In this document: one piece after another, positions 52,903-62,292 of the stretch | How the letters are laid out: the number at the start of each line of letters is the position of its first letter | Numbering within the stretch: position 1 is the first letter of the stretch | Assembly: GCA_965262115.1 (NCBI GenBank) | Contig: OZ253496.1 | Coordinates: 704,001-768,000, forward strand | Direction: 5' to 3' | DNA from: Nitrospinales bacterium | GTDB lineage: Bacteria > Nitrospinota > Nitrospinia > Nitrospinales > VA-1 | DNA length: 64,000 bases | The notes under the pieces: model-generated | Database searches by the model: none | Seen by the model: only the letters and a program-made list of their open reading frames with translations | Told to the model about the DNA's origin: nothing | Translations under genes and position numbers: made by a program

Positions 52903-53268
52903 TCAAACCTGAAAAGCATTTTCGAGCAATTCAATTTTCCAGGAATTAGGAGGGTCCGACGTCAGGGCCACCACATCGAATCGCATAGGCTTGTCCGCGA
53001 TTCTCTTTCGAGCCAGGAAGCTTTGGGCAGTCTGGACAATCTTTTTCTGTTTGGTAGGAGTAAAGGCATCAAATGGATGACCAAATTCGTGGTCCGAACG
53101 CGCCTTGACTTCAATAAAAACGACCACCCCGGCCTGCTCGGCAATAATATCTATCTCTCCCACTTTCGAGCGAAAGTTTTTTTCAAGAATCCGGTAACCC
53201 TTCTTCTTCAAAAAGGTTATCGCGGCAGACTCGCCTTCACGGCCAAATTGTAATCGTTTCTGAGTCAA
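52903..53268 (-). CDS. YraN (UPF0102) putative endonuclease
   Basis: GEIDII, VFIEVKAR and RFDVV motifs. Confidence 0.9.
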   Translation of the reverse strand: MTQKRLQFGREGESAAITFLKKKGYRILEKNFRSKVGEIDIIAEQAGVVVFIEVKARSDHEFGHPFDAFTPTKQKKIVQTAQSFLARKRIADKPMRFDVVALTSDPPNSWKIELLENAFQV

Positions 53269-53372
53269 TGCGGAGCACCTCCGCTAGTAATCTGCAATAG
53301 CATTTTCATACGTTCAAAGGATTCCTATCGGCTTAACACGTCTCTGCTAGCTGGCCCCACGCCGAGTGTCGG

Positions 53373-56066
53373 CTAGGAGTGGGCAGCGTTCCAGTTTTCT
53401 CCCCACCCCATATCCACAACCAGAGGAACTTTAAGGGAAACCACCTCTTCCATTTCTTTTTTAACCAGAGCCCGCATTTCCTGCTCCTCTTCTTCCGGAC
53501 ATTCAAAAACCAGTTCATCATGGACTTGCAGGATCATGCGGGATTTTAATTTTTTCTTGCTGATTTTTTTTGCCAATTGAATCATCGCCAGCTTGATCAG
53601 GTCTGCCGCACTTCCTTGGACCGGCGAGTTAATCGCAACCCTCTCTGCCGACTCACGCACCTGTCGGTTCTGGCTTTTAAGGTCCGGCAGATAGCGTTTC
53701 CGGTTCATCAGGGTCATTGTGTAACCGACTTCTCTGGCTTGCTCCACGGTCTTTTCCATAAAAACTTTGACATTTTTATAAAGCGCGAAGTATTGATCGA
53801 TGAATTTCTTGGCTTCCTTGGGAAAGATTTTCAACTGCCGGGACAAACCGAAAGCGCTCAAGCCATAAACAATGCCAAAGTTCACCGCCTTAGCCATTCT
53901 TCGGGCTTCCGCATCCAGACGATCCGGGGAAGTCCCGAATATTTCGCAAGCGGTACGGGTGTGAATGTCTTCACCCATTTGAAACGCCTCCATCAAAGCC
54001 TCATCTTCGGAAAGGTGCGCAAGAACCCGCAACTCTACTTGCGAATAGTCTGCCGAAAGCAAGTGATTATTGCCTTCGGCAATGAACGCCTTTCTTATTT
54101 CACGCCCCATTTCGGTGCGGATCGGAATGTTCTGCAGATTCGGATTACTGCTGCTCAACCTGCCGGTCGCCGCTACCGTCTGGTTGAAGGAGGTATGGAC
54201 CCTTCCTGTTTTGCTGAATATCTCCTCCTGCAAAGCATCGACGTAAGTGGACTTGAGCTTACCCAATTGCCGATAGGTCAATATCACTTCAGGGAGATCG
54301 TGCTCCTGCGCCAATTGTTCCAACACCGAAACATCGGTGGAATAACCGCTCTTGATTTTCTTGACAGTCGGCAACCCCAGTTTTTCGAACAGAATCACCG
54401 AAAGCTGTTTAGGAGAGTTAATATTAAATTCTTCTCCGACCAGGGAATAGATTTTCTTTTGATGCTCCTCAATCTTTTTCTGTATAGTTTTGGAAAGCTT
54501 TTGCAGATGCTTTGGGTCGAGTTTCATCCCATGTATTTCCATCTCTGCCAAGACTTCTATAAGAGGCGACTCCAAGTCCAGAAAAAGCTTCAGGTCACCG
54601 CCTTTTAAAAGGGGTGAAAGTTTTTCATACAAACGCCAGGTGATATCCGCATCCTCCGCCGCGTACTCGGTGGCGCGCTCAACATCCACTTCATCAAACC
54701 CGATTTCTTTGGATGCGATGCCCACCACCTCTTTATATTTGATGGTGGTGTGGCCCAAATAATCCCGGGCCAAGTCGTCCATATTGTGCCTTCTACCGGA
54801 AGGATTTAAAATATAGGAGGCCAGCATGGTGTCGAAGGCAACTCCTTGCAGATTGATTCCCTCATTCCTCAATACAATTAAATCGTATTTGATATTTTGA
54901 CCCACTTTTTTAAGTTTTGGGTCTTCGAGCAAAGGTTTGAGTTTCTTGAAAACCCAATCAAGGTTCAACTGATCGGGAACGCCCAGATAGCGATGCGCTA
55001 ATGGAATGTAGCAGGCCACCCCTTCTTCACAGGATAACGAGATACCCACGACCCGAGCCTGCACTGGATGCAGGCTGGTGGTTTCCAGATCAAGCGCGAA
55101 AATTTTTGATTTCTTTAATTGCTTGATCCATCTCTCAAAATCAGCCTCAGTGAGAATAGTTTCATAACGGCTCTCAATCTTTGGCGAACTCTCTCCAGGG
55201 TCAGAGCTATCTTCCAAATCCCCGAGTAAGGAGGAAAACTCAAATTCAGAAAACAATTTTCTCAGTTCCACATTATTGGAGTGCCTAACTTTAAGATCCT
55301 CAAGTTCACCTTCCAGTTCCATCGACGTATCAATGGTCACCAGTTGGCGACTGAGCAAAGCCATCTCCTTGTCCTGAACCAACTTGTCTTTGAGTTTTGC
55401 CTTGTCCACTTCATCAATCCGCTCATACAACTCCTTGATCGAACCGAATTTACGGATGAGCTCCGAGGCGGTTTTCGGTCCGACCCCTTTAACCCCGGGA
55501 ATATGGTCGCTGGAGTCGCCCATCAATCCCATCACATCAATCATCCGGTCTGGAGTCACGCCAAATTTTTCCTCCACTTCCTCCACGCCAAACCATTTAT
55601 TTTTCATGGTATCGAGCATGCGGATATCAGGACCGATCAACTGCATCATATCTTTATCCCCACTGACAATGACCACCTGAAAACCCGCCTTCGCCGCCTT
55701 TTTTGCCAAGGTTCCGATGATATCATCGGCTTCATAACCGGGAACCCTGACGCCATGAATGTTATAGGCTTGTACCAGAGGTTCGAAATAAGGAAATTGT
55801 TTTGCCAGGTCTTCAGGAGGTGCTTCCCGGTTGGCCTTGTAATCCGCATACATCTTGTGACGAAACGTCTTTTCCTTACTGTCGAAAGACACTGCCAGAT
55901 AGTCCGGCTGCTCGTCCTTCACCACCTTCTGCAACATATTGATGAACCCGTACAGGGCATTGGTGGGAAACCCTTTTGATGTGGACAAAAATTGCCGGAT
56001 ACCAAAATAGGCCCGAAAAATGTAAGAAGAACCGTCTATCAGATATAGGGATTTAGCTTTGCTCAT
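53373..56066 (-). CDS. polA: DNA polymerase I
   Basis: 5'-3' exonuclease (LIDGSS, EADD), 3'-5' exonuclease (DLETT), ADYSQVELR and LQVHDEL motifs. Confidence 0.98.
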   Translation of the reverse strand: MSKAKSLYLIDGSSYIFRAYFGIRQFLSTSKGFPTNALYGFINMLQKVVKDEQPDYLAVSFDSKEKTFRHKMYADYKANREAPPEDLAKQFPYFEPLVQAYNIHGVRVPGYEADDIIGTLAKKAAKAGFQVVIVSGDKDMMQLIGPDIRMLDTMKNKWFGVEEVEEKFGVTPDRMIDVMGLMGDSSDHIPGVKGVGPKTASELIRKFGSIKELYERIDEVDKAKLKDKLVQDKEMALLSRQLVTIDTSMELEGELEDLKVRHSNNVELRKLFSEFEFSSLLGDLEDSSDPGESSPKIESRYETILTEADFERWIKQLKKSKIFALDLETTSLHPVQARVVGISLSCEEGVACYIPLAHRYLGVPDQLNLDWVFKKLKPLLEDPKLKKVGQNIKYDLIVLRNEGINLQGVAFDTMLASYILNPSGRRHNMDDLARDYLGHTTIKYKEVVGIASKEIGFDEVDVERATEYAAEDADITWRLYEKLSPLLKGGDLKLFLDLESPLIEVLAEMEIHGMKLDPKHLQKLSKTIQKKIEEHQKKIYSLVGEEFNINSPKQLSVILFEKLGLPTVKKIKSGYSTDVSVLEQLAQEHDLPEVILTYRQLGKLKSTYVDALQEEIFSKTGRVHTSFNQTVAATGRLSSSNPNLQNIPIRTEMGREIRKAFIAEGNNHLLSADYSQVELRVLAHLSEDEALMEAFQMGEDIHTRTACEIFGTSPDRLDAEARRMAKAVNFGIVYGLSAFGLSRQLKIFPKEAKKFIDQYFALYKNVKVFMEKTVEQAREVGYTMTLMNRKRYLPDLKSQNRQVRESAERVAINSPVQGSAADLIKLAMIQLAKKISKKKLKSRMILQVHDELVFECPEEEEQEMRALVKKEMEEVVSLKVPLVVDMGWGENWNAAHS

Positions 56067-56188
56067 AACGACCTCTTAAGTGTGAAAATGCTGGCCAAGT
56101 ATAAAGTCGCAGCTTTACCGTGTCTAATTAATTGTGGTATCATAAAACTCCATTCTGATTATGAACTAATTGAATTAAAAGGCTTAAG

Positions 56189-57211
56189 TTGGAGTCCCCC
56201 ACAAAAATGCGCGCCATTAAAGGTACTACAGAAAAGCAGGATGCCCAAACCCGGTCGATCATTGAAACCGCCCGCAAGGTTCTGAGCATCGAAAGCCAAG
56301 CTATAGCAGGACTGGAAAGCCGGATTGATTCCCAATTCGTCGATGTCGTGCACCATCTGAACAAGTGCAAGCATCTTGTTGTCACAGGGGTTGGAAAATC
56401 CGGACTGATCGGGAAAAAAATTGCATCCACGTTTTCAAGTATCGGACTGCCCTCTCTTTTCCTGCACGCGGCCGAAGCCAGCCACGGAGACTTGGGGATG
56501 ATTTCTGAAGGGGATACAGTGATTGCCATCTCCAACAGCGGGGAAACCGAAGAGATCGTTAAACTGCTCCCGATTTTTAATCGAATCCATTGCACGCTGG
56601 TGGGGATGACCGGCAACAAACAATCCAGCTTGGCCAAAAGAAGCGACTATGTTCTCGACGTCAGCGTTGCAGAAGAAGCCTGCTCTAAAGACCTTGTTCC
56701 CACAGCCAGCACAACGGCCACCTTGGCGATGGGTGACGCACTTGCCATGGCATTCATGGAACTTCGCGGAGTGCAGGAAGAAGATTTCGCGCTCAACCAT
56801 CCCGGCGGCAGCCTCGGCCGGAAACTGCTCACCCTGGTTAGTGACCTAATGCATTCTGGAGAAGATGTCCCCAGAATAAAAGAAAATGCCGACATCTACC
56901 AGGTGCTCAAAGAGATCTCACAAAAAAGATTGGGAATGACACTGGTGGTCGGGGATCAGGATCAGCTTCTCGGCATCATCACCGATGGAGATTTAAGGCG
57001 CCTGATTGAAAAGCAAAAAGACATTTCTCAAACTTGCACTAAGGATATGATGGGCAGCCATCCTAAAACTATTACAGGGGATACTCTGGCGGCAAAAGCG
57101 GTTAGAATCATGCAGGATCACTCCATCACCTCCTTGGCAGTGCTCAGCGATGATCAGAAAATAGAAGGAATCATTCATCTGCACGATATTATCAAGGCAG
57201 GGGTCGTTTAA
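56189..57211 (+). CDS. kdsD: Arabinose-5-phosphate isomerase (KpsF/GutQ, SIS plus CBS)
   Basis: GVGKSG, EASHGDLG, PTASTT and HPGGSLG motifs. Confidence 0.9.
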   Translation: MESPTKMRAIKGTTEKQDAQTRSIIETARKVLSIESQAIAGLESRIDSQFVDVVHHLNKCKHLVVTGVGKSGLIGKKIASTFSSIGLPSLFLHAAEASHGDLGMISEGDTVIAISNSGETEEIVKLLPIFNRIHCTLVGMTGNKQSSLAKRSDYVLDVSVAEEACSKDLVPTASTTATLAMGDALAMAFMELRGVQEEDFALNHPGGSLGRKLLTLVSDLMHSGEDVPRIKENADIYQVLKEISQKRLGMTLVVGDQDQLLGIITDGDLRRLIEKQKDISQTCTKDMMGSHPKTITGDTLAAKAVRIMQDHSITSLAVLSDDQKIEGIIHLHDIIKAGVV

Positions 57212-57235
57212 CCCCGATTACTCCCAATTGAAATT

Positions 57236-59872
57236 ATGACCGGCGACGAACTTAGAAAAAAATTCCTGCAATATTTTGAATACCGGGGACACACGATCGT
57301 GTCCAGTTATCCTCTGGTTCCAAAAAATGATTCAACTCTTATGTTCACCAACGCGGGAATGGTGCAGTTTAAAGACGTTTTCCTCGGGGAAGAGAAAAGA
57401 AGCTATAACCGCGCCGTGTCGGTGCAAAAATGTGTTCGTGCCGGCGGAAAACACAACGATCTGGAAATGGTCGGGCGCACGGCACGGCACCACACTTTTT
57501 TTGAGATGCTGGGCAACTTTTCGTTCGGCGATTATTTCAAAAAAGAAGCCATTCAGTTTGGCTGGGAATTCTTAACAGATGTGATTGGCCTGCCCCGGGA
57601 CCGTTTATACATTTCTGTATACGAGAAGGATGACGAAGCTTTCAATCTCTGGGTCGATGAGGTGAAAATGCCGCGCGAGCGGATATACAAGATGGGTGAA
57701 AAGGATAACTTCTGGGCCATGGGACCCACCGGCCCCTGCGGCCCCTGCTCAGAAATATTTATCGATCAAGGTAAAGCAGTCGGTTGCGGGAAACCTTCCT
57801 GCAAGGTCGGTTGCGATTGTGACCGATTCCTGGAGATCTGGAATCTGGTTTTCATGCAGTATGACCGTGATGCCAAGGGCAAACTCACTTCGCTTCCCAA
57901 CCCCTGCATTGATACTGGCATGGGGCTGGAAAGGCTGGCCGCGGTTGTTCAAGGGCGCACTACCAATTACGACACCGATCTCATGATGTCTATCATCACT
58001 GAGGCGGCCCGCATCACGGGAAAAGAATATGGCAGGCAGGATGAGGTGGATGTCTCTCTTCGAGTATTGACCGACCATGCCCGTGCCTCGGTATTTCTGA
58101 TCAGCGATGGCGTCATTCCCTCCAACGAGGGCCGGGGTTATGTCTTGCGTAAAATCATGCGGCGGGCTCTCCGCCACGGAAAACTCCTTGAACAGAAAGG
58201 CCCCTTCTTTCACCGTATCACCAGCAAGGTGATTGACAATTTTAAAGAAGCCTACCCTGAGTTATTCACCAACAAGGACTTCAATCAAAAAGTTGTCCTC
58301 AATGAAGAAGAAAGTTTCGGCAACACCCTGCATTATGGTACTCAGCGTCTGGAAGAAATTCTGGAAAAGGTACGCAAGGCAAAACTCACCACCATACCAG
58401 GAGAAGAAATTTTTAAACTCTATGACACCTACGGTTTTCCCACCGACCTGGTAAAAGAAACCGCCAAGGATGCCGGGCTGACGCTCGACATGGAAGGTTA
58501 CACTCGCGCTATGGATGAGCAGAAGACCAAAGCTATGGCCTCCTGGAAAGGATCGGGAGAAAAAGAAGTCGCTCCCTTTTATAAAGAGTTTTTGCAATCC
58601 TCATCTCCCACTGTATTTGAGGGTTATGGAACCACTCAGGGCGAGGGCCATGTATTGGCTATTTTAAAGGACCAGACACCTGTAGATTCTGCCAAGGCAG
58701 GGGACGAGATAGAATTTTTGACTGACAAGACCCCTTTTTATGGAGAGTCCGGAGGCCAGGTCGGTGACTCCGGTCGGGCTTTTAATAAAAATATTCAACT
58801 GGAACTTGGTGACGCGGTTAAGCCCCTGCCCGGCCTGATCGTTCATAAAGCAAAAATTATTCAGGGAACCCTGCAGACCGGGGACAGCCTGACTCTGGAG
58901 GTGAGCGCCAAGGTCCGGGGTGACACCGCTCTCAATCATTCTGCCACCCACCTTTTGCATGCAGCACTCACGGAAGTTCTGGGCGAACACATCAAACAGG
59001 CGGGCTCGCTGGTAGCACCCGACCGGTTGCGTTTTGATTACACACATTTTTCGCCCCTTACAGATAAAGAAAGAGTTCGAATCGAATCGCGTGTGAATGA
59101 AAAAATCCGCGATAATATCCAGGTCGCAACACAGGAAATGGACATCGACACCGCCATCAAAGAAGGCGCGGTGGCCCTGTTTGGAGAAAAATATGGCGAC
59201 ACAGTTCGCGTTGTCAATATACCCGGATTCAGCAAGGAATTGTGCGGCGGTACTCATGTTACCGCGACCGGCGATATCGGTCTATTCCATATTACTTCTG
59301 AAGGGGGCATCGCATCCGGCGTACGGCGCATTGAGGCTGTCACCGGTGCTACAGCTTATAACACTATCCGGGCCGAGCAGGAATCTTTATCCACACTACG
59401 CAGACTGTTAAAAGCTCCGTCCAACGAAGAAGTTGCCAAGCTGAAAAAACTGTTGGCAAAAAACCGGCAGATGGAAAAAGAGATCACCCTGCTCAAAGAA
59501 AAAATGGTCAGCGGTCAGGAGTCTTCCGGCATCGACGAGGTGCAAAAAGTCGGCGAGATTTCGTTGCTGATTAAAAAACTGGAAGGCGTTGATGCAAAAA
59601 CCCTGCGCACTTTTATCGACAATGCCAAGAACCAGTTAAAATCCGGGATCGTGGTCGTGGGCTCCGTTGCCGATGGAAAAGTATCCATGGCGGCAGGTGT
59701 TACCAAAGACCTGACCGATAAATACCACGCGGGAAATATCATCAAGAGTATAGCGGTGATCGTGGGAGGAAGCGGCGGCGGCCGACCAGACATGGCACAG
59801 GCCGGTGGTTCCCAGATAGACAAGCTTGATGAAGCCCTCAAGAAAGCCGAAGAATTGATCCGCGCTACCTGA
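57236..59872 (+). CDS. alaS: Alanine-tRNA ligase
   Basis: FTNAGMVQFK, HHTFFEMLGNFSFGDYFK, ELCGGTH and GGGRPDMAQAGG motifs. Confidence 0.98.
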   Translation: MTGDELRKKFLQYFEYRGHTIVSSYPLVPKNDSTLMFTNAGMVQFKDVFLGEEKRSYNRAVSVQKCVRAGGKHNDLEMVGRTARHHTFFEMLGNFSFGDYFKKEAIQFGWEFLTDVIGLPRDRLYISVYEKDDEAFNLWVDEVKMPRERIYKMGEKDNFWAMGPTGPCGPCSEIFIDQGKAVGCGKPSCKVGCDCDRFLEIWNLVFMQYDRDAKGKLTSLPNPCIDTGMGLERLAAVVQGRTTNYDTDLMMSIITEAARITGKEYGRQDEVDVSLRVLTDHARASVFLISDGVIPSNEGRGYVLRKIMRRALRHGKLLEQKGPFFHRITSKVIDNFKEAYPELFTNKDFNQKVVLNEEESFGNTLHYGTQRLEEILEKVRKAKLTTIPGEEIFKLYDTYGFPTDLVKETAKDAGLTLDMEGYTRAMDEQKTKAMASWKGSGEKEVAPFYKEFLQSSSPTVFEGYGTTQGEGHVLAILKDQTPVDSAKAGDEIEFLTDKTPFYGESGGQVGDSGRAFNKNIQLELGDAVKPLPGLIVHKAKIIQGTLQTGDSLTLEVSAKVRGDTALNHSATHLLHAALTEVLGEHIKQAGSLVAPDRLRFDYTHFSPLTDKERVRIESRVNEKIRDNIQVATQEMDIDTAIKEGAVALFGEKYGDTVRVVNIPGFSKELCGGTHVTATGDIGLFHITSEGGIASGVRRIEAVTGATAYNTIRAEQESLSTLRRLLKAPSNEEVAKLKKLLAKNRQMEKEITLLKEKMVSGQESSGIDEVQKVGEISLLIKKLEGVDAKTLRTFIDNAKNQLKSGIVVVGSVADGKVSMAAGVTKDLTDKYHAGNIIKSIAVIVGGSGGGRPDMAQAGGSQIDKLDEALKKAEELIRAT

Positions 59873-59978
59873 TAACCCCCTATATTTAAAAGTTCTATAG
59901 AAATGGGTCGGGGAATCCTGTATTATTCCCTATCATCCATTAATTAAGCTGGTTGAAATTTTCCGGAAAGGACCATAT

Positions 59979-60341
59979 ATGAGCGAAATACTGGGTGCCA
60001 CGGGTACCACTTCCCCGATTAATCCCATCAGAAAAAAAGAATTGGATGACAATTGGCGGGCCGTCGCAGCCAAAGCGGTCACCGATGAATCATTCAAAAA
60101 AAGCCTGGCCGCAGACCCCATTAAAGTTCTGGAAGAACATGGGCTGAAAGTGGCTGCAGAAATAAAAATTATTTTTGATGAAACCGACAAGGAGTATAAC
60201 TTCAACATTCCCAAAGACGCCTCGGAAGAAATAAAAGCAGAAGCCCATTGGTGGACCTGGCGTTTAAAGATGATTAAAGAGTTCGCAAAGGAATTGGGTC
60301 GTCAGGTGGGGAACGTAGCCGGCTTCGACGACAGCTACTGA
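59979..60341 (+). CDS. NHLP (nitrile-hydratase-like leader) domain protein
   Basis: AKAVTDESFKKSLAADPIKVLEEHG resembles the NHLP leader pattern AxAWxDxxFKxxLLxDPxxVL. Confidence 0.6.
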   Translation: MSEILGATGTTSPINPIRKKELDDNWRAVAAKAVTDESFKKSLAADPIKVLEEHGLKVAAEIKIIFDETDKEYNFNIPKDASEEIKAEAHWWTWRLKMIKEFAKELGRQVGNVAGFDDSY

Positions 60342-60355
60342 GACCAAAAAAGTAT

Positions 60356-60432
60356 GCGCCCGTAGCTCAGCTGGATAGAGTATCGGTTTCCGGTACCGAG
60401 GGTCGGAGGTTCGAATCCTCTCGGGCGTACCA
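60356..60432 (+). tRNA. tRNA-Arg (CCG)
   Basis: Acceptor GCGCCCG/CGGGCGT, D-arm GCTCAGCTGGATAGAGT, anticodon stem TCGGT-TTCCGGT-ACCGA, GGTTCGAATCC T-loop, encoded CCA. Confidence 0.96.
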
Positions 60433-60658
60433 TAATTTTTGTTGGGGAAGAATTTGTAAGTGTTGCGACACCCGCAAAAAACCGCGCAGGTTATCCCACA
60501 ACGCAGGACATTTGCAAAAAATACGTCGTGGAAGAAACACAGAATTAGTCCAAGCGGTGGGCACTCTGCCAGATGTTCATCTCCGTCATCTTGCGGAGGG
60601 GCTGATTAACCCCTGCCCACCGCCTTTGGGCTATCAACAAACTATCACAGGGGCCAAA

Positions 60659-60865
60659 ATGAAACTAAACCTGCTGTTACTCGCGCTTATTTTTATATTG
60701 CCCGGGTGTGCACTAAAAGGGCCGCCGCATTACAATAAAAAATATGAGCTTATGTTAGAGCACGAAAAAAAGATTTGCGCGGAGGCCGGATATACAAAAG
60801 GGACAAGGGAGTTTGGTAAGTGCCGTCTGCGAATTTTTAATAAGCAAAGGCGTCAAGAAAAATAA
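60659..60865 (+). CDS. Small putative lipoprotein
   Basis: MKLNLLLLALIFILPGC lipobox; C-x3-GY..GT..F..C pattern. Confidence 0.6.
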   Translation: MKLNLLLLALIFILPGCALKGPPHYNKKYELMLEHEKKICAEAGYTKGTREFGKCRLRIFNKQRRQEK

Positions 60866-60871
60866 ACCGGG

Positions 60872-61458
60872 CTATTCCCCGTATTGAAAAACAATGCGGA
60901 CGTTTGCAGGTTTTAATTTTTCAAAAAGGCACTGAAGGAAAGTAGTCACTCCCGGCAAAAATGGGATTGGAAAGAACTCCGGGAATGGGGAAATACCTCG
61001 GTGGCCGTCCGGGAAATTGACGGTCACGGAAACCTTTTTTCTTTTTCTGTGGCGATAAACCCATCCGGGACCCCGGGAAACACTTGCACAGTGACTCCAA
61101 AAAATGCGGCTAATTCCACCCAATCCCTGGCCGTTTGGAACCTGACATTTCTCAGCTTTGCAATAACCTGCAACCGTCTTGTCGCAATATCCCCATCAAT
61201 ATTAAAACATTTGTCCGGTATCCCTACAGATTTTTCCCACTCCTCGATCAAATTTAAAGTTAAATTAATGTCAAGCTCTTCGTTGGTTGTTTGAATCAAG
61301 GTCTCAATTTCGCTGAACGCCCCACCAAGAGCCAGGAGCAGCTTGCCCATACTAGTCGAACGCCCGTTCTTAGAATCCCATGCCCTGCCGTTGGGCATGA
61401 ACTCTGCTATTTTAAAACCTTGTTCTAACTTTGGAATAGGAATAAATTGATCTTTCAT
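60872..61458 (-). pseudogene. Phage baseplate/tail protein YmfQ (DUF2313, Mu gp48-like), frameshifted near 61030
   Basis: MPNGRAW, LIEEWEKSVGIPD and RRLQVIAKL motifs. The family-like C-terminus LQCLFEKLKPANVRIVFQY lies in another frame. Confidence 0.75.
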
Positions 61459-61473
61459 GGCATCACATTTATA

Positions 61474-61512
61474 AAAGAAGCACTTGGCTCACATTGGGCG
61501 AAGTGCTTCTTT
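61474..61512. terminator. Hairpin, probable terminator at the trailer end of the CRISPR array
   Basis: AAAGAAGCACTT...AAGTGCTTCTTT 12-bp perfect stem. Confidence 0.6.
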
Positions 61513-61604
61513 GTTTATGGCCCTGGTTTTGCTGCCTGTTTATAACCTGAAAGGAGAACACCATGGGCATTGTAAAATTACTTATCCAAACGGATTATAA
61601 GCTT

Positions 61605-62292
61605 TTTCTAAGCTGCCTGTGCGGCAGTGAACAGGGTGCAATAAGTAGTGCCATTGCCGCTGTTTTTCTAAGCTGCCTGTGCGGCAGTGAACTCGCTGGT
61701 GATCGATTTACGCTTATCTGAATCTTTCTAAGCTGCCTGTGCGGCAGTGAATCTACAATAAAGATTGTCATACTTGAGATCATCTTTCTAAGCTGCCTGT
61801 GCGGCAGTGAACCGGTTGACCAGGGGTTGCCGCTATTTGCCAAGTTTCTAAGCTGCCTGTGCGGCAGTGAACCGTTAAGCTTGCAGTAATTTTGTCGTCA
61901 TGTGTTTCTAAGCTGCCTGTGCGGCAGTGAACTGGGTGAAGCTGGCATGTAGTCGGAATCTCGATTTCTAAGCTGCCTGTGCGGCAGTGAACACGAAAAA
62001 GAGTTTCGGCTTGAGGACATTAGATTTCTAAGCTGCCTGTGCGGCAGTGAACACTAGAAGCCCCATTTGCGAAAGTCATAAATATTTCTAAGCTGCCTGT
62101 GCGGCAGTGAACGATGGACATTTGGCTCGCGAAGTCAAGAAGACTTTCTAAGCTGCCTGTGCGGCAGTGAACACTAGAAGCCCCATTTGCGAAAGTCATA
62201 AATATTTCTAAGCTGCCTGTGCGGCAGTGAACAAGACTTTGTTTTAGGCGAGCTTGCTGGTTTCTTTCTAAGCTGCCTGTGCGGCAGTGAAC
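61605..62292 (-). CRISPR. Type I-F CRISPR array: 12 repeats of 28 bp, 11 spacers of 32 bp
   Basis: Exact 60-bp period. Minus-strand repeat GTTCACTGCCGCACAGGCAGCTTAGAAA has the Cas6f-type hairpin. The repeat at 61725 has one terminal substitution. Confidence 0.97.

Noticed and set aside
3308..59841. Many long antisense or overlapping ORFs in the track (e.g. 8619..9503, 26517..27299, 53577..54608)
   Set aside because: They are shadows of well-supported genes on the opposite strand and show no recognisable motifs.
61523..61552. GCTGCCTGT match suggesting a degenerate trailer repeat
   Set aside because: Only 9 bp match and it is off the 60-bp register.
61595..61843. 82-aa ORF with repeated SLPHRQLRK
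   Set aside because: It is simply the translation of CRISPR repeats.
62113..62264. AAGAC shared between the end of spacer 9 and the start of spacer 11
   Set aside because: A 5-nt overlap is within chance expectation.
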